This document shows positions 1-13,153 of a DNA stretch of 64,000 nucleotides, piece after piece (position 1 is the first letter of the stretch; each line of letters starts with the position of its first letter). The position numbers and the translations under genes are program-made. Source of the stretch: Vermamoeba vermiformis (taxonomy: Eukaryota). Location: contig JBEWZL010000102.1 of the NCBI GenBank assembly GCA_045837725.1, positions 124,001-188,000 on the forward strand, written 5' to 3'. The notes under the pieces were generated by a model. The model was not told where the DNA came from. It did not search any database and saw nothing but the letters and a program-made list of their open reading frames with translations.

Positions 1-1349
1 CTATAATCGTTCTGATTAATCGCACCGACTGTCAAAGCTTCGGTAATGGAGCTTGGCGAGTAGTTGCACGCGTCCTATCAATGCATTAGCTTAATGAAGA
101 TCTCTATATTAGTGATATATATTCATACACTGTTATCATTGCCCGCTGCAACAACGACAGTAATTCCTTCCAACACGAGTGCGCGTACAAAATCACCGAG
201 GAAATCGCTGGCATCTCCCTCTGCGATTAAATTAATATCATTGGGCGTATTTAATAGTAATATTGGTATTTACCGAATGACATGGACACGACGGCAGGTT
301 TGATGTAATTTTGACGAATCCAGCTGACGCCCGCCAAGATAGTTGAAGTAGTGCCAATGCCTTGACAATCAAGCACTTTGACTGACCACAGCGTGACATT
401 TTTTGCAACTCCATAAGTCTTGCCTCCTATAGTACGGTGTTATTGAAACGAGTTCACGAACAGATTCAGGGAGATGTGGATCGAGACGATTTAGAGGTAA
501 AGTATGAAAGTATCTTGTGTACTAACCGATAATGCCTGATACGTGCGTTCCATGCCCTAAATTAACCGCAAATCAGACACCTTTTGAAATTACATCTAGT
601 TTTCAAACAATTTTCCGACACTCAAATGACCTCCGTACCATTGCAATCATCCGCGTTATCAAGGGCTGTATATGCATAATTGGCTCTTCCTTCAAACTCT
701 GAATGCGTTATTCTAATGCCTGAGTCCAAAACATAAACATTGACATTAGATCCGTCGCTGTCATCGATGTATTTTAGGTCTAACGGCTTCAATCGCTGAT
801 CCACTCGATCTATAACACGTCAATAAATATTTATACATACGACAATAATTTTTGGGACCATACCTAAGCCCCAAGGAGGATTATTTTGGATGCCAGCTAA
901 AGTGTACTCTTGATCTTGCTCGAATGACTCTACTAGGCCACTATTTAACGAGTCCAACGTAGTGTTCGCTACAACTTGAATATTTGCAAACTGGTTCTTG
1001 TCTTTCCAGCTTTTCAAAACCCGACCCGAGGCGCCATCCGTCAGATTGGCCAATGTTGACTCGACATCGCTCTGTTGGACGCCTACAATAATAAATATTA
1101 GCGACTTAGATTCATATTTCCTATTTAGAAAATAATTTACTAATTCAAGAAGCGGTTTGTCAAGATCGTTAGAATTTGTTCAATTTTAATGAATTCTCTC
1201 TTACCCTCTTTGAAGCGAATCAGATATTGATTAGGAATCTTCTTGCTCTTGCCCTTTGAATTTCCCTTCTTACTAACAGCCCCGATAATAAGCAGTGCCA
1301 AGATCAGTAGCACAAACAGTCGCCGAGATGCGCTACTTAGTCGAGTCAT
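1..1349 (-). CDS. Secreted subtilisin-like serine protease (S8, proteinase K-type) with I9-like prodomain; multi-exon, 3' end runs off the window
   Basis: Signal peptide MTRLSSASRRLFVLLILALLIIGAVS; prodomain IPNQYLIRFK; Asp motif VYVLDSGI; spliced His motif DCNGHGTHVSGII; KTYGVAKNV; VVVAAGN; SPSSITEALTVGA. Confidence 0.92.
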
Positions 1350-1640
1350 TGGTGGTGTTCTGTGTTAATTTGAATAGAAGCTATGAATAAATTAAATTTC
1401 CAGGCGGTAATCGCCACCACAGAAAACGAAACGAATCACGTGTCTAAATAACGATTGGTGATTCAAAACAAAAAGGTTGCACGATTCGGATACGTTATTG
1501 AAGCATATTAACCGAACTGTATTTAAAGCCTAGATCGCCATCAGCTTTCGACTTTCATCGATAATGACTAATTTGGTAAGATCTCCGCAGATTATTAAAA
1601 TAAATTTGAAACGACTCCGGATAATTCGAAAAGAAATTTA

Positions 1641-1650
1641 AAAATAAAAA
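1641..1650 (-). terminator. RNA polymerase III terminator of the RNase P RNA gene
   Basis: TTTTTATTTT directly 3' of the P1 helix. Confidence 0.7.
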
Positions 1651-1998
1651 GACTGAGCCAGGAGTAGTCTGAATTGAGTTACGGCCACAGGACTTGTGGT
1701 CCTGCACACCGCCTTGCGTATTGAACTTAACTTAGTAAGCCACTGTAGCGTGTTCCAGCAGAAGTTGCGCGACTAACCATCACTCGCAGACCCGTCGCTG
1801 CTGGGAAGGTTCCCAACACGAGAAGCCCCCGAGGTCTCGCGGATCGAACGCCGCGCAACCATGACCATTTCTGGTTCTACTAGTGTCCCCTCTAGGAGAC
1901 TCCCTCCAAGGGAATACGGCTCCTCAGACCTTCCCAAACACGTGTGTAATGCGCGAGTATTCGTATGTGAGTGTCTAAACACAAGCTCCGGCCCAGTC
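1651..1998 (-). ncRNA. RPPH1: Nuclear RNase P RNA (~348 nt)
   Basis: Minus strand: 5' GACUGGGCCGGAG pairs with 3' CUCC-U-GGCUCAGUC (P1). CR-I GGGAAGGUCUGAG (1923-1935) pairs with CR-V AACUCAAUUCAGACUACU (P4). Also CAGAAA, GGAACA and AGUUCAAU motifs. Followed immediately by a TTTTT tract. CR-I is P-type, not the MRP-type GAAAGUCCCC. Confidence 0.93.
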
Positions 1999-2272
1999 CA
2001 GATCTGCTATTTTTAGCTGAATATTTTTATCGCTCGTTCAGTTTGCGTAGCATAATTATTTTGGGATTGAGATGGTGCTACGTCTATGATAATATATATC
2101 GTAGTAAAATGTTTTTTAGTGCGTACCTGTTCGATCTAAGCCATTTTCTTCGTTTTCGCGCGTTTTTCTTGCGTCGATCCAGCTGAAGTTTTCTTTATTA
2201 GTTGTCGGCTACTGTACAATTTGAAAGGCTCGCCACCATTCCTTTCGTTTAAGACTATAGTATATTAGTGTA

Positions 2273-3065
2273 TTACGCGAAGAAAGATTGCGCTAAGGCT
2301 TCTTCAACGATTTCTGATTGCTCATCTGCATCTTGATCGCGTGTTAGCTTAACTACCGTTGCAGCGCTTGGTTCTTGCATTTCTCCTGCTAATATGTATT
2401 CATCTAACAGTAGATGGACCTATAAGGGCGTTAATCTTTCGCTAGATAAGAAGTCGTAGGTGCCCAACGTACGCGATCAACATTAAAGACAAGATCTAGC
2501 TCGCAGACTGAGCCAAAATATTTGTCTAAGCAGACACATAGATTATGAATCGTCTCTAGTGCAATTAGCTCGTTGTCTGACTTGTCTACGCCAATAACGA
2601 AAAAAATGCTTGCGTATCTGCATAAAAGTCCGGTAAGTCTAAAAGTTAATTGGAAAATTACAATTCCACGTTATAATTAAAATAATGGACATCATAATAA
2701 TGCCTATTAAAAGCTTTTCGGATATTTAGCGAAGGAACAACTCGTCAAGGCGTTATCAATGCAAGAATAGAATTTTTCGTGTCAATTATATATCAAAATT
2801 AATATTATTTAACTTACCGCCTATATACTATCGTATAATCCTTATACTCGAAAAAATTGCAGTTTTTTTGCTCTCGTTTTGTTACTGTATTTGTCACTTC
2901 TCTTAATATTCGTGATTTATCTTTGCTTTCAAGTGCTTGATACCATTTAGTCAATCTTATTTTTGCTTGTCTATTTACAATCAGCAAGAAGTGGATCTGA
3001 AATGAAAATAAATCAATAAATTTTGATTATTGCGTATTTGCGCTCGACATAATTTGCCTTACCAT
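2273..3065 (-). CDS. AP1S: Adaptor protein complex small (sigma) subunit, AP-1 sigma-like; 4 exons, exon 1 is ATG only; apparent +1 frameshift at the A8 run 2600-2607
   Basis: Spliced: M-IHFLLIVNRQAKIRLTKWY...YKDYTIVYRR-YASIFFVIGVDKSDNELIALETIH...LDKYFGSVCELDLVFN...LDEYILAGEMQE. Absent from the ORF track. Confidence 0.9.
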
Positions 3066-3320
3066 GGTGATGTGATCAAATAATATTTACAGGTATAGTG
3101 GTTATCATTGCCAATATTATTAGGTTAATTAACTGAAATTTGACCATTACACTTTTGTCAAGTGCATTTATTCCGCACTATTAATAAGGAAGGCGTGCCC
3201 GATACTGCAATACACCGACAGAACTCAATTCTGATAGAGAAGCCCTATCTATTAGCGTGTTTAGATAAGCTTGTTAGTGTTATTTTTCGATCGCATCTGG
3301 AGCACAAATCGAAATTAAAC

Positions 3321-4903
3321 ATGGCACAATTTACACCTTTGTCGGAGGCCGAGGATGTAGATCTCGGTTCTGAAGAGCCATTTTGGGGTGGACCGCTGCT
3401 TAATGAGGTAAGGCTTAGTACGGATTAAGCTCGAGGCGATCTGGATCCTGCCTAGGAATTTTTTAATACCATATTTATGTGCTCTCAGAGATACGTTATT
3501 ATTAAGGATGATTGATTACACGAACAGTCAATTTCTAAATTTTTTAATGAAATATTTTCGCCAGACGTACAATGAGCGCGCGGAACGCCTGCTTGCAATT
3601 CCTAATCACACTATAAGGTACGCTTGGTCACATTATAAGTTCATAAATAATCGTGCATAATCACAGCTCGTCCGAAAAAATGCTTAAAGCCCGCGAGCTC
3701 TGCAGATTAGGTCTGAACTTGTACTTTCACCAAAACTGGAATTGGGCCGTAATGTTATTTAGTTATGGTATTATGACGAGTTCTCGGGGCATCCCTTGGA
3801 ACACTGCCATGGTACGACCAAGTTAGATCTCACTAAGCAACTTCGGCGACATTTAATTTGCATCTAGATTGATTATTACGTTGAAATGGTAGAAAAATGT
3901 AGCGCCAAAGGCGCGGAGCAAATATACGTCGATTTCTTAAAGTACTACTTCTCTGGCTTGCTTAAAATGTTTGCGTTCCAGATGTGGCAACTTCAGTACG
4001 TACCCGACAACAATTATAAATCGTTTTATTAATAATACTATTAGGCCTACTTCGAGTGAATATCAAAAGTACCAAAAATACTCAAAAGAACGCGAGAATA
4101 ATGGAAACGAGTTTTACGCAAATATTTCAAAACACGCGGACTGGCGCCAAACAAACAAAGAGTACGTCAAACAATTATTAAACTATATAATAACGCGTAT
4201 ATTATCGTAGATTATTGGCTGTGTTTTTGACGTACTACGCACAAGAGCTAGGCGAAATTGCCAAGCCGAAGTTAGCTGAAAGTTGTCTAAAATTAGCAAT
4301 CGAACTCTGGCCTGAATATTCCGACAGTTACTGGCAAATGGGCGATTGCTTAATTAAGAAAGAAGATTTTAACGGCGCTTGGCAGTATTGTTCAAAAGCG
4401 GTCGAGTACGTACTTTGGCAACACTGCCACGCGGTCTAATATTATGATCAGAGTCGTTCCTGCCGACGATAAGTTCTACGGCATCATCTGCTACAAAGCG
4501 CTATATGTGCGACTGATGTTAATGAACGAGATTAATAATCAAGAAGTCATCAAGGACTGCACGAAGATTTATGAAAAAGTTCGAGCATGGGAGAACAAAT
4601 ATGAAAAGAAGTATCCATTTGATGCAAATGATAATACGTGGAGGAACACTGTCAAGGCTCGATTAGGAATGTTCATCCCGTTAGCTAGCATTGGCAAAAA
4701 AGAACGTAATTTGACAGATCCGACAAAATGCACCGTTTGTCATACCAGTGGCGTCAAGATATCGCGATGCGGTCGATGTAGAAAGACTTGGTACGCAATT
4801 GATATTAGATTTATTCGTAGCTAATAGTTGTGGTCGGATCAGGTACTGCGGAGTTGATTGTCAAAGAGCAGATTGGCCGACGCACAAGCCAGATTGCAAA
4901 TAA
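3321..4903 (+). CDS. Helical/TPR-like protein with C-terminal MYND zinc finger
   Basis: Spliced C-terminus CTVCHTSGVKISRCGRCRKTWYCGVDCQRADWPTHKPDCK*; TPR-like AIELWPEYSDSYWQMGDCLIKKEDFNGAWQYCSKAVE. Confidence 0.85.
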
Positions 4904-5078
4904 CATTATAAATGTATAGTGATATTCTTGATCGTATAGATGTTCAGCGTTGAGTTCGTGCTAGCTGAGATCCATAAAAGGAAAATAATTGCAGTGTAAT
5001 TTTACCAAGGCACCTTTTTGTCCCGTTTTTAAGTTACTTGCCGGTACCGTAGACCACACATCAAATTATAGTAATAGA

Positions 5079-7722
5079 ATGGGTCGATCTTGGTACTTGG
5101 TCTTCATTCTAGGGTGCATCCTGCTTGGCGCCAGAGCTGCAGGTAAAGAGGGACTTTAAGCTTCATAATTACACCAAACATTAATGTCCATAAATATTGA
5201 TCATGTTATTATTAAAATATTTTTACTCATAGATTTTATAAATAGCTAATGATTCGATTTTATTCAAATCCAAAATAAATATTTCGATTCCGCTGTAATA
5301 CTATTATAAATAAGTTACTCGCGTGTACTTAATTATTATTTTCCATAGATGTTTATGTCTCCTCAAACGGTGTGGATTCAGACACTTGCGGAACGGGCGT
5401 TGCGCCTTGTGCTTCGTTAGCAGTTGCTGTACCAAAATTAAGCAGTGCCGGGGATAAGATCATAATATCAGGAGCTATTACAGGTATATTTACTCGGTCA
5501 GCTTGGCCTTATTCGAGTTACACATCCATGAAATTTAGCGAGCGAAACAAAATCTTTCATAAAATGCCCTCGTATATGAGTAATTATTAATCCCATTATA
5601 AGGTCAAAATACCGTCAATGTCACAATTACACGAGATTTGACTATTAAGTCCCAGTCCGGAAATCCTGCAGTGGATTTACTGGATGGTGCTGGTCTCGGT
5701 CCTATTTTCCGCGTGTGGAACGTTAGCAATACTACGAGCTATTCGATTGCATTCGATGGCATTGGCATTCAAAACTTCAACGCTTCAATGAACCCTTTCA
5801 GTACGTTAGATGCAGTACTTTTCATACAGACCTCATACTAACGGTCTAATTATGCAGACAATACCGACGGTGGTGTCATAGCTATCTATGAGTGCATTTT
5901 ATGCAAAGTATCGTTGTCTAACGTCGTTCTGAGCAATAATAAGGCTGCAAGAGGAGCCGTTGTGTGGATGTACGTTGAGCGTCATTCAGCTTCTGATCCC
6001 TCGGGCCTAATCATATTAAATAACGTCACTGCAATTGGAAATACTGCATCAGACTCAGGAGCGGTCATTTATTCTTATGGAGTGGATATTCAAGTGCAAT
6101 CACTGTACGTACTTTCCACGACATTATTCAGCCATACTAATTTTATTTTGATATAGTAATGCTAGTGGTAACTATGCTGGTGCCAGTGGCAGTGTATTGG
6201 ACATTGAACATCAAGCTCTAGTGACCATCACGAGCTCGTCTTTCTCTAACAACAACGCGGGTGACTTTGGTGGTGCCATTGCTTTCAACGAATGTACGTG
6301 CATTATAAGGCCGCGTTAATATCAACAATTTTGTTCTGACACTTTTAACAGTTGTCAAGGTCTACGCGAACGACAGTGTCTTCGTCAACAATCGCGCAGC
6401 TGATGAAGGTGGTGCCGTGTTCGTGTACACGAGTAAGTTCAACAAGCACTCGTTGTACCTCTTTCGGTGTCGTTAATTTTTGTGTTCGCCTTCAGCCGAC
6501 TCTTATTTCACCAACTGCAACTTCACCAACAACAGAGGAGGTGACGGCGGTGCTATTTTAGTCCGCCGATACAGCTACACTCAAGTCGACAACTGCCAGT
6601 TTACCGGCAACAATGGAGGTTATGGCGGTGCTATTTTTGCTCAAGAGGTAAACAAAGATGAATTTCGCGATGTTGTAAGTGTCAACGAGTTAATGGTATT
6701 GTTTTTAGCGCTCGGGCATTCGTAGCAACAACAGCGTGTTCAAGCGCAACAAGGCTGCGTTTGGCGGTGCTTTGGCGTGGTTGACAACGAGCAAGGGCAC
6801 TCTTGTTGGCACAACTTTTGAAGACAACATTGCCCAGCGTGGTGGTGCGTTGTTCTTGATGTACAACAACTTGGTAGCCAGTACGTGCACTTCTATAGCT
6901 ATGCATCACAATAATACTAATACCCATATTGTAGTCATGGCTAGCGATCTCGACACGAGCAACAATGCCACTGAATTTGGCTCGCAGATCTACTGCAGCT
7001 CCTCGTCAATTGACATCAACTCCACGACTGTCGCTGACAATCAAACACCTGGAAATGTCGATCAAGCCTTTTATTGCGCTGGTCAGCCCGCTGGAACTGT
7101 TTGCACTAGTACGTAGTCAATATTAAGCCTAAGTATGTTGCTAATAATAACTTATTTGTTTTGCAGTTCGCGGGGACGCGCCGTTCGATGGTTCGTGCGA
7201 CGTGTCAGTGCTTGGCAGCATCACAGACTCGATCACGGATTCACAAACAACCGCTCTGATTGTTGGTTTGTGCGTCGCTTTGGGCTGTGCAGCAATCATT
7301 ATCGTTGTGTCTATCGTCATGGCAAAGAAATTGCGCAGAGTAAGTCTCGAGAAATTTTAATCAACAAAATCTTGTCCCGTGAAACTTACGCGTTGTGCAG
7401 GTGAGACAAGCTGCTCCTGAAGACAAACAACAACATATGTGGGCTGCACTTGACGACCCCAGCATGGAGTCACCACGTCCGAGTGCTCCTTCACAGCCTG
7501 CTGAGCCCACGACCGCTGCGTAAGTCACGTGTCACAGCACTGTCCCAATCTAATGACACCTGCTAACTAATGTTTGTTAGTGCTAGCAGACCTGCTTCAG
7601 TTCGTGCGTCTTCACCGCTTGACTGGTACGACAATCCTGAGGCTCAACAAGAGTCCGATACTGGAGCGTGTAAAAGGACCGGGTGGAAGATCAGATCTGA
7701 TCGACTCGTTAGTTGTAGATAA
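5079..7722 (+). CDS. Type I membrane protein with right-handed beta-helix (pectin-lyase fold, Pmp-like GGA[I/L/V]-FxxN repeats)
   Basis: Signal peptide; VYVSSNGVDSDTCG...PCASL cap; repeated FxxNxA..GGAI/L/V; one TM segment (ALIVGLCVALGCAAIIIVVSIVMA) and a cytoplasmic tail; 3' end approximate. Confidence 0.8.
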
Positions 7723-7935
7723 TATTTGATAAATTGTACTAATAGTTTAGTTTATGCTACGCGAGGAAGTATATTACCGGGTTTGTTCGAATAATAATGC
7801 AGGCATTGCGAGAAATTTGAAATTTCCTTGCGAGCTTGATCCAAAAATCTTGCCAAAAAATCAAATCTTTTGTTCGAACATTAGATTTATTATTTATTTT
7901 AGTGCCGGTAACAACATTTCTCAGTTGCCTTAACG

Positions 7936-10900
7936 ATGTCTGATAAGAAAAAAGACAAAGAAAGTCCAAAGCGACTATTCGCGGCACGGTGTCTTCGCCT
8001 ACTAAAGAGCCGCAGGCCGAATTTCCACCAATGCCACCAGAGTCTCAACTAAATGAACGATTTGAAAAGCTAATGGTGCGTATTTTTAATTATTAGGCTC
8101 CAGATTTCAATCGGAAAATCTTTTTCTGTCCAAAATTGAAAATTGGAGAAAAGAGGACGTTTATTATATGTTGAGCATAACGTTGTATAAATACTCCAAG
8201 TGAATATAAAATTATAAAGATTTTTAAATTGACATTTTTTTGTAATTAACGCCAATTCAATAGGGAGAAATGGGTTATCCTGAGGAGATGCGCACGAAGA
8301 TGCGTGCATTTGCACCTGATAAAAAATGGACGTTAGTTTGTCAAGAGCAACATCGAGATAAAATGAAGGTAAGAAATTTATGATCTAGATCCAAATCCAC
8401 TTGATAAGCAAAGGAAACACTTCACTCATTATTTGATCGTGTAAAAATAATTAATTAACGTCATTTTTTCCATTGCCATTTCAACAAATTTAATTTCAGT
8501 CGATCGGTTAGCATCTAGTCTTAATTTGGAATTCTGTAGGTCTCTACACCAGAGTCAGTTATTAACAAGCTCAAAGAGAATGCTACGCGCAGTGATATGG
8601 AGCAGTTAGTCATCTTCTTGACCAAGGAATCAGTTAGCTGGGTTCTTGAATTTATTGAACGAAAAGGAGTCGAGTTATTGGGCGACATTCTCGAGAAAAC
8701 GCTGAACAAATCAATGTAAGTAGTATAATATATCATCAAGCAATTATAATACTGCGTAACAACCGATTGTACCGCGAGCTTGTACTGGGATCCGGTTGCT
8801 TAAATTTCCTTTCAATACTTCAAAACAACAAACAGTACTAATTCTTTTATAGTAAAGGAGATGCCGAGAAGGATATTATTACACAATGCATCTTGTCATT
8901 TAAGGGTGTATTCAGACAAAAAGTAAGGTTCCAGATGCGCTGTTGAATTCTCGACCTTCATTTACTAATCCATCAACGCTTGTAGGAAGGCTTTGAAGTC
9001 GTTAAACAATTTAAATCATTCGTTGATTTGATCCTTAAGAGCTACGAATACGTTAGCAGCAGAACAAAGATTATGATTTTGAACTTCATTGCCGTATTGT
9101 CCCTCGTCGACATTGAAATTCATCAGTAAGCCTTAATAATCCTATTTATTGACTATTATAATAGCCCTATTTTTATATTTCCTTATTAACATATTTTTAG
9201 CGCTACTCTTACCAAGATTCTGCCTTACGTGCAAGAGCTACTTTCGACACTTCAATCTGAGTCAGTTGATATGAAGGTACGTACTAGACCAATAAATAAT
9301 CATATAGATGCTGACTAAAATGCATTTAGATTGCCGGTTTGACGTGCATCAATGCCCTTGTGATTGCTGAAGGTCACGAAAGTCCCGAAAAAGATGTGTT
9401 GTACCAAACCATGATGGAGAAGGGTCTCAAACGATTTGTTCGAGTAAGTACAACTCATTATGATACACCATATTGTGGAATAAGTAACTAACGGCAAGCA
9501 CAATAGAGCATGAAAAAGCCGAATATTCCTGATGCTTTAGAAACTCAAATTGATGTCTTCGAAGACGGCATTGAACACGATGCAGACAGCGAAGAACAAT
9601 CAAAATTCACCGTCTCTTCTGGCAACCCCGAAGAAGCTTTCAGCAAGGTGCGCGAGCAACTGAAAGGCACACCGCTCTACAACGTGTTTGGCAACATTTT
9701 GAGTCACTTGTTGATGGTCAGACGTACTGGCAAGCCCGGTGCGACCACTTGGGACGTGTTGGCAGACTTTGTGGAAGTGATGGCTAGCACGGACAAGGAC
9801 TTGACTAGTCGCATTGAGTTGGCTAAAACTGTCACCGACCGCTTGCTACAGAAGCTTGGTGGCCGTGGTGATGACGCGTAAGTGACACTTGACACGTGTC
9901 AACAACAGAACCTCAATCTAACTCTCTCGCGTAGTGACATGGGCAGTGCTCCACCTCCTCCTCCTCCTCCTGGCGTGGGTGCCCCGCCTCCACCTCCTCC
10001 TCCTGGCGGTGCTGCTGACGACAGTGGCGCTCCTCCCCCACCTCCTCCTCCAGGCGGTGACGGTGGTCCACCACCCCCTCCCCCTCCACCAGGTGGCGCA
10101 GGCGGTCCTCCTCCTCCACCCCCTCCTCCAGGCGGTGCAGGTGGCCCTCCTCCCCCACCTCCTCCCGGTGGACGTAAGTCGCAAAACTCACTCGAACAAC
10201 GATGACTAACCTTTCGAAACCTACAGCAAAAGCACCAGGTGCACCACCAGCCCCAGCTCAGCCCAAGAAAAAGACCATTGTCCCTGGCACCAAGATGAGA
10301 CAGTTCAACTGGAACAAATTGGCACCGAACAAAGTCGCTAATACTATTTGGTCTAAGGTACGTTCAACAAGACACATGTCACAGATTATTTTTCGCGGTG
10401 TCAAAGTGTCTTCTTTTCGCTAACACTCACACCACCAGCTCGATGACGAGAAGGTGAAAATCAATCCGAAAGTGCTCGAAGACTTGTTCTGCGCTGCCAA
10501 GCCCAAGCCTGCCTCAGAAAATCCTGGCGGTGAAGAAGGAGGTGCTGCTAAACAGGCCAAAGCACAAGTCATCAACTTGTTGGACATGAAACGATCTCAG
10601 AATATTTGTAAGTAATTTGACCTAATTTCCTAATTTGGAAACTAATCACGTGCCTTTTCCTTTACAGCGATTATGTTGTCGCGACTTTCAGGCATGTCAA
10701 ACGAAGACATTAAGAAGGCTATTGTGAATATGGACGCTGAGAAGATTAGTCTCGAAACACTTCAAATTATGGTCCTGTATATTCCTCAGCCTGAAGAAGT
10801 AAGCCTGAATCTTCCTATTGATAACGAGCGGATCTAGCTTTACTAACGAACATCACTTTTAGATGGAAATGCTTAAAGAATACAAAGGTGATGTTACTGC

Positions 10901-12871
10901 TAATTTAGGCAAGGCTGAACGATATTTCTTGACCGTAAGTTACCGCGCTTAAGGTGTATCAGATCCTCTTCTAACAGTGAACTAGATTATGGATATTCAA
11001 CAACTCGAAGCTAAATTGACTGCTTGGGAGTTCCAACGTAGTTTTGAGTCTAAGATGGCCGTAATTAAAGAGGTATTTATCATTAATACGAATATCCAAT
11101 GCAGATCTAACCAACAAATTTCTAGTCCTTGAGCACGATCGGCCGAACACTCAAAGACATCAAGACCAACCAAAACCTACCTAAGGTCCTCGAGGTACGA
11201 TATAGTATTATTATTATCACTTACTATACTTTACTAACCAAAACCTTGTCCAGTACATTCTCGCCGTTGGTAATTACATCAACGGATCTACCAATCGTGG
11301 AGGCGCTTTTGGCTTTAAATTGAACTCTTTGTTAAGAGTATGTACATTTAACAGGATGTATTGTCGATTGATATTAATTGAGTCCTTGTAGATGTTGGAT
11401 GTCAAATCCGCAGTCGATGACAAATTAAGTTTGCTGCACTTTGTCGTGCAAGAATTCGAACAGACCAATCCTTCTGTAGCCAATCTCGCCGATGATTTCC
11501 CGACATTGGAAGCTGCTTCAAGAGGTACGTAACAAACATTTAGATATCAAAAGGACTCCGAACTTCGAATCCGTTTCGTTACTTGGACGTTTCCAATCGT
11601 TGATATTTTCTTAGAAAACATGACTATGTTGGCTGGTGATTTGAACAAATTGAAAGGAGGATTCTCGAAGTGCGACGGAATCGTCAAGAATCCCAATTCA
11701 GATCCCAAGTTCAAAGAGGCCGTTTCCGTATCCTTTTTTAACCATCATAGATCATAGCACTTTAATTTACATATGCGGTTTATTGTTATCCTTAACTAAT
11801 TTACCAGCGTTTCTTGACGGATGCCCAAGCTGCTTTCGACGCTGCTCAGAAACAACTCGAACAATATCAAAAAGAGCTGAAAGAGACTTTGACGTACTTT
11901 GCTGAAGACAATATGGAGTCCGATGAGTTCTTCGGCCTCCTCTATCAATTCGTATTCAACTTTGAGGTACGTCTGTTCTGCTCTCTTGCCGCCTTGAAAC
12001 CTCATTATCTAACAATTTCCTTATTTAGAAATGCAAAAAAGATCTTGCGAGAAAGAAGGCCCTCGAAGAAAAAGCAAAGCAGGCAGAAGAGCGAAAGAAG
12101 GTAAGAGACATTTTGCGTGTCCGACACGTGTCCTCGAGTTGTTCTAACAACTACGTGCTAGAACATGGTGGCTAACAAGAAAGCTCCTGGCATGGGAACA
12201 CAATCACCTAACGCTCTCGAAGACATGCTCAGTGAATTGGCTAGCGGCAATGCATTTTCAAAACGTAAGTTTGGATCGAAGGATCCGGTCAAGTTCTAAG
12301 ACCTAACACCAATTTTCTTGCACTAGAATCGGCGAGTGCTCGTCGCCAATCGATCATGGTCGGCAAGGCCCCTCAGCCAGTGATGCAGCCCGAGTTCTTG
12401 TTGAGAAAGTTGAAGCCCACAGGACAAGACAACCAGGCACCCAAGGACACCAACACAACGAGCCCTGGCACGCTCAACTTGCCCAAACTGAACCCCGTGG
12501 GTCCTAAGACTGGTGCAGGTGATGCTAATGGCAAGACTTCTCCTCGTGACCAACCGCAGCTGAGTCCCGTCAAGCCGAGCGCATTGAAGCAATCTACTTC
12601 ACCGACCCCTGCGCCAGTTAAGCAAGCAGCAGCTACCGAGACTAAGACTGCTACTACTAGCACGACGACTCCCACAACAACAACAACAGCAACTCCGACT
12701 CCCACATCCACATCCACACTGGCACCAACGGCAACGGCTACTCAACCATTGACGAATAGTCAATCCGCGACAAGCAAGCACGCTGAAGTGAAATCGCCTT
12801 CTACGGATAAGAAGAAAGATAAAAAAGAGAAGGAGAAGAAATCCAAAGAGAAAGAGAAGAAAAAAAAGTAA
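7936..12871 (+). CDS. Diaphanous-related formin (GBD/FH3-FH1-FH2-DAD-like, Thr/Pro and Lys-rich tail); contains a U12-type intron; apparent -1 frameshift near 7948-7953
   Basis: MPPESQLNERFEKLM GBD start; poly-Pro FH1; MRQFNWNKL, LLDMKRSQNISIML, ILAVGNYINGSTNRGGAFGFKL FH2 motifs; LEDMLSELASGNAF DAD-like. Confidence 0.95.
9889..9902. promoter_or_regulatory. Intronic palindrome TTGACACGTGTCAA (representative copy; exact 12-mer also at 34468, 38498, 46012, 57696)
   Basis: Exact recurrence in introns of five unrelated genes; function inferred only. Confidence 0.6.
9951..10167 (+). repeat. Coding poly-proline (CCT/CCA/CCC) tracts of the formin FH1 domain
   Basis: Six PPPPPPP(P) tracts separated by short G/A/D linkers. 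Confidence 0.9.
11728..11807 (+). other. U12-type (minor spliceosome) GT-AG intron in formin FH2
   Basis: 5'ss GTATCCTTT; branch site TATCCTTAAC (11787-11796), ~12 nt before CAG; removal joins KEAVS|RFLTDAQ in frame. Confidence 0.9.
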
Positions 12872-13153
12872 ATTATTAACGTCTGTTTCATAGTAGTTTT
12901 GGTAGTAATAAATAGAGAATGCTCTCTAGTTGTTATAAAGCAATTTACAAGATTGGACTTTATAACCGTTACGTAACGTTAGGAAATTTTAAATTGGCGG
13001 GCCAGATCCCAAATAACTGGCGGGAACGAATTTAGACTTGCTGCCTTGATTAATATCGAAGAACAGCTTCCTTAACTCTCAGCCGAATTATTCAACTCAA
13101 TATTTTGAATTACGTGGGCGAGATCATAATAAAAAAAATAAATAATTTATTAT

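Noticed and set aside
1773-2186. ORFs 1773-1982 (-) and 1971-2186 (+)
   Set aside because: They overlap the RNase P RNA and its upstream region and have no protein-like features
9913-10209. Arg/Trp-, Glu- and Leu-rich ORFs over the formin FH1 region
   Set aside because: Alternative-frame and antisense shadows of poly-proline codons
12990-13125. TGGCGGG E2F-like words between two convergent gene ends
   Set aside because: No adjacent start or RNA gene found; two or three short words are not enough support
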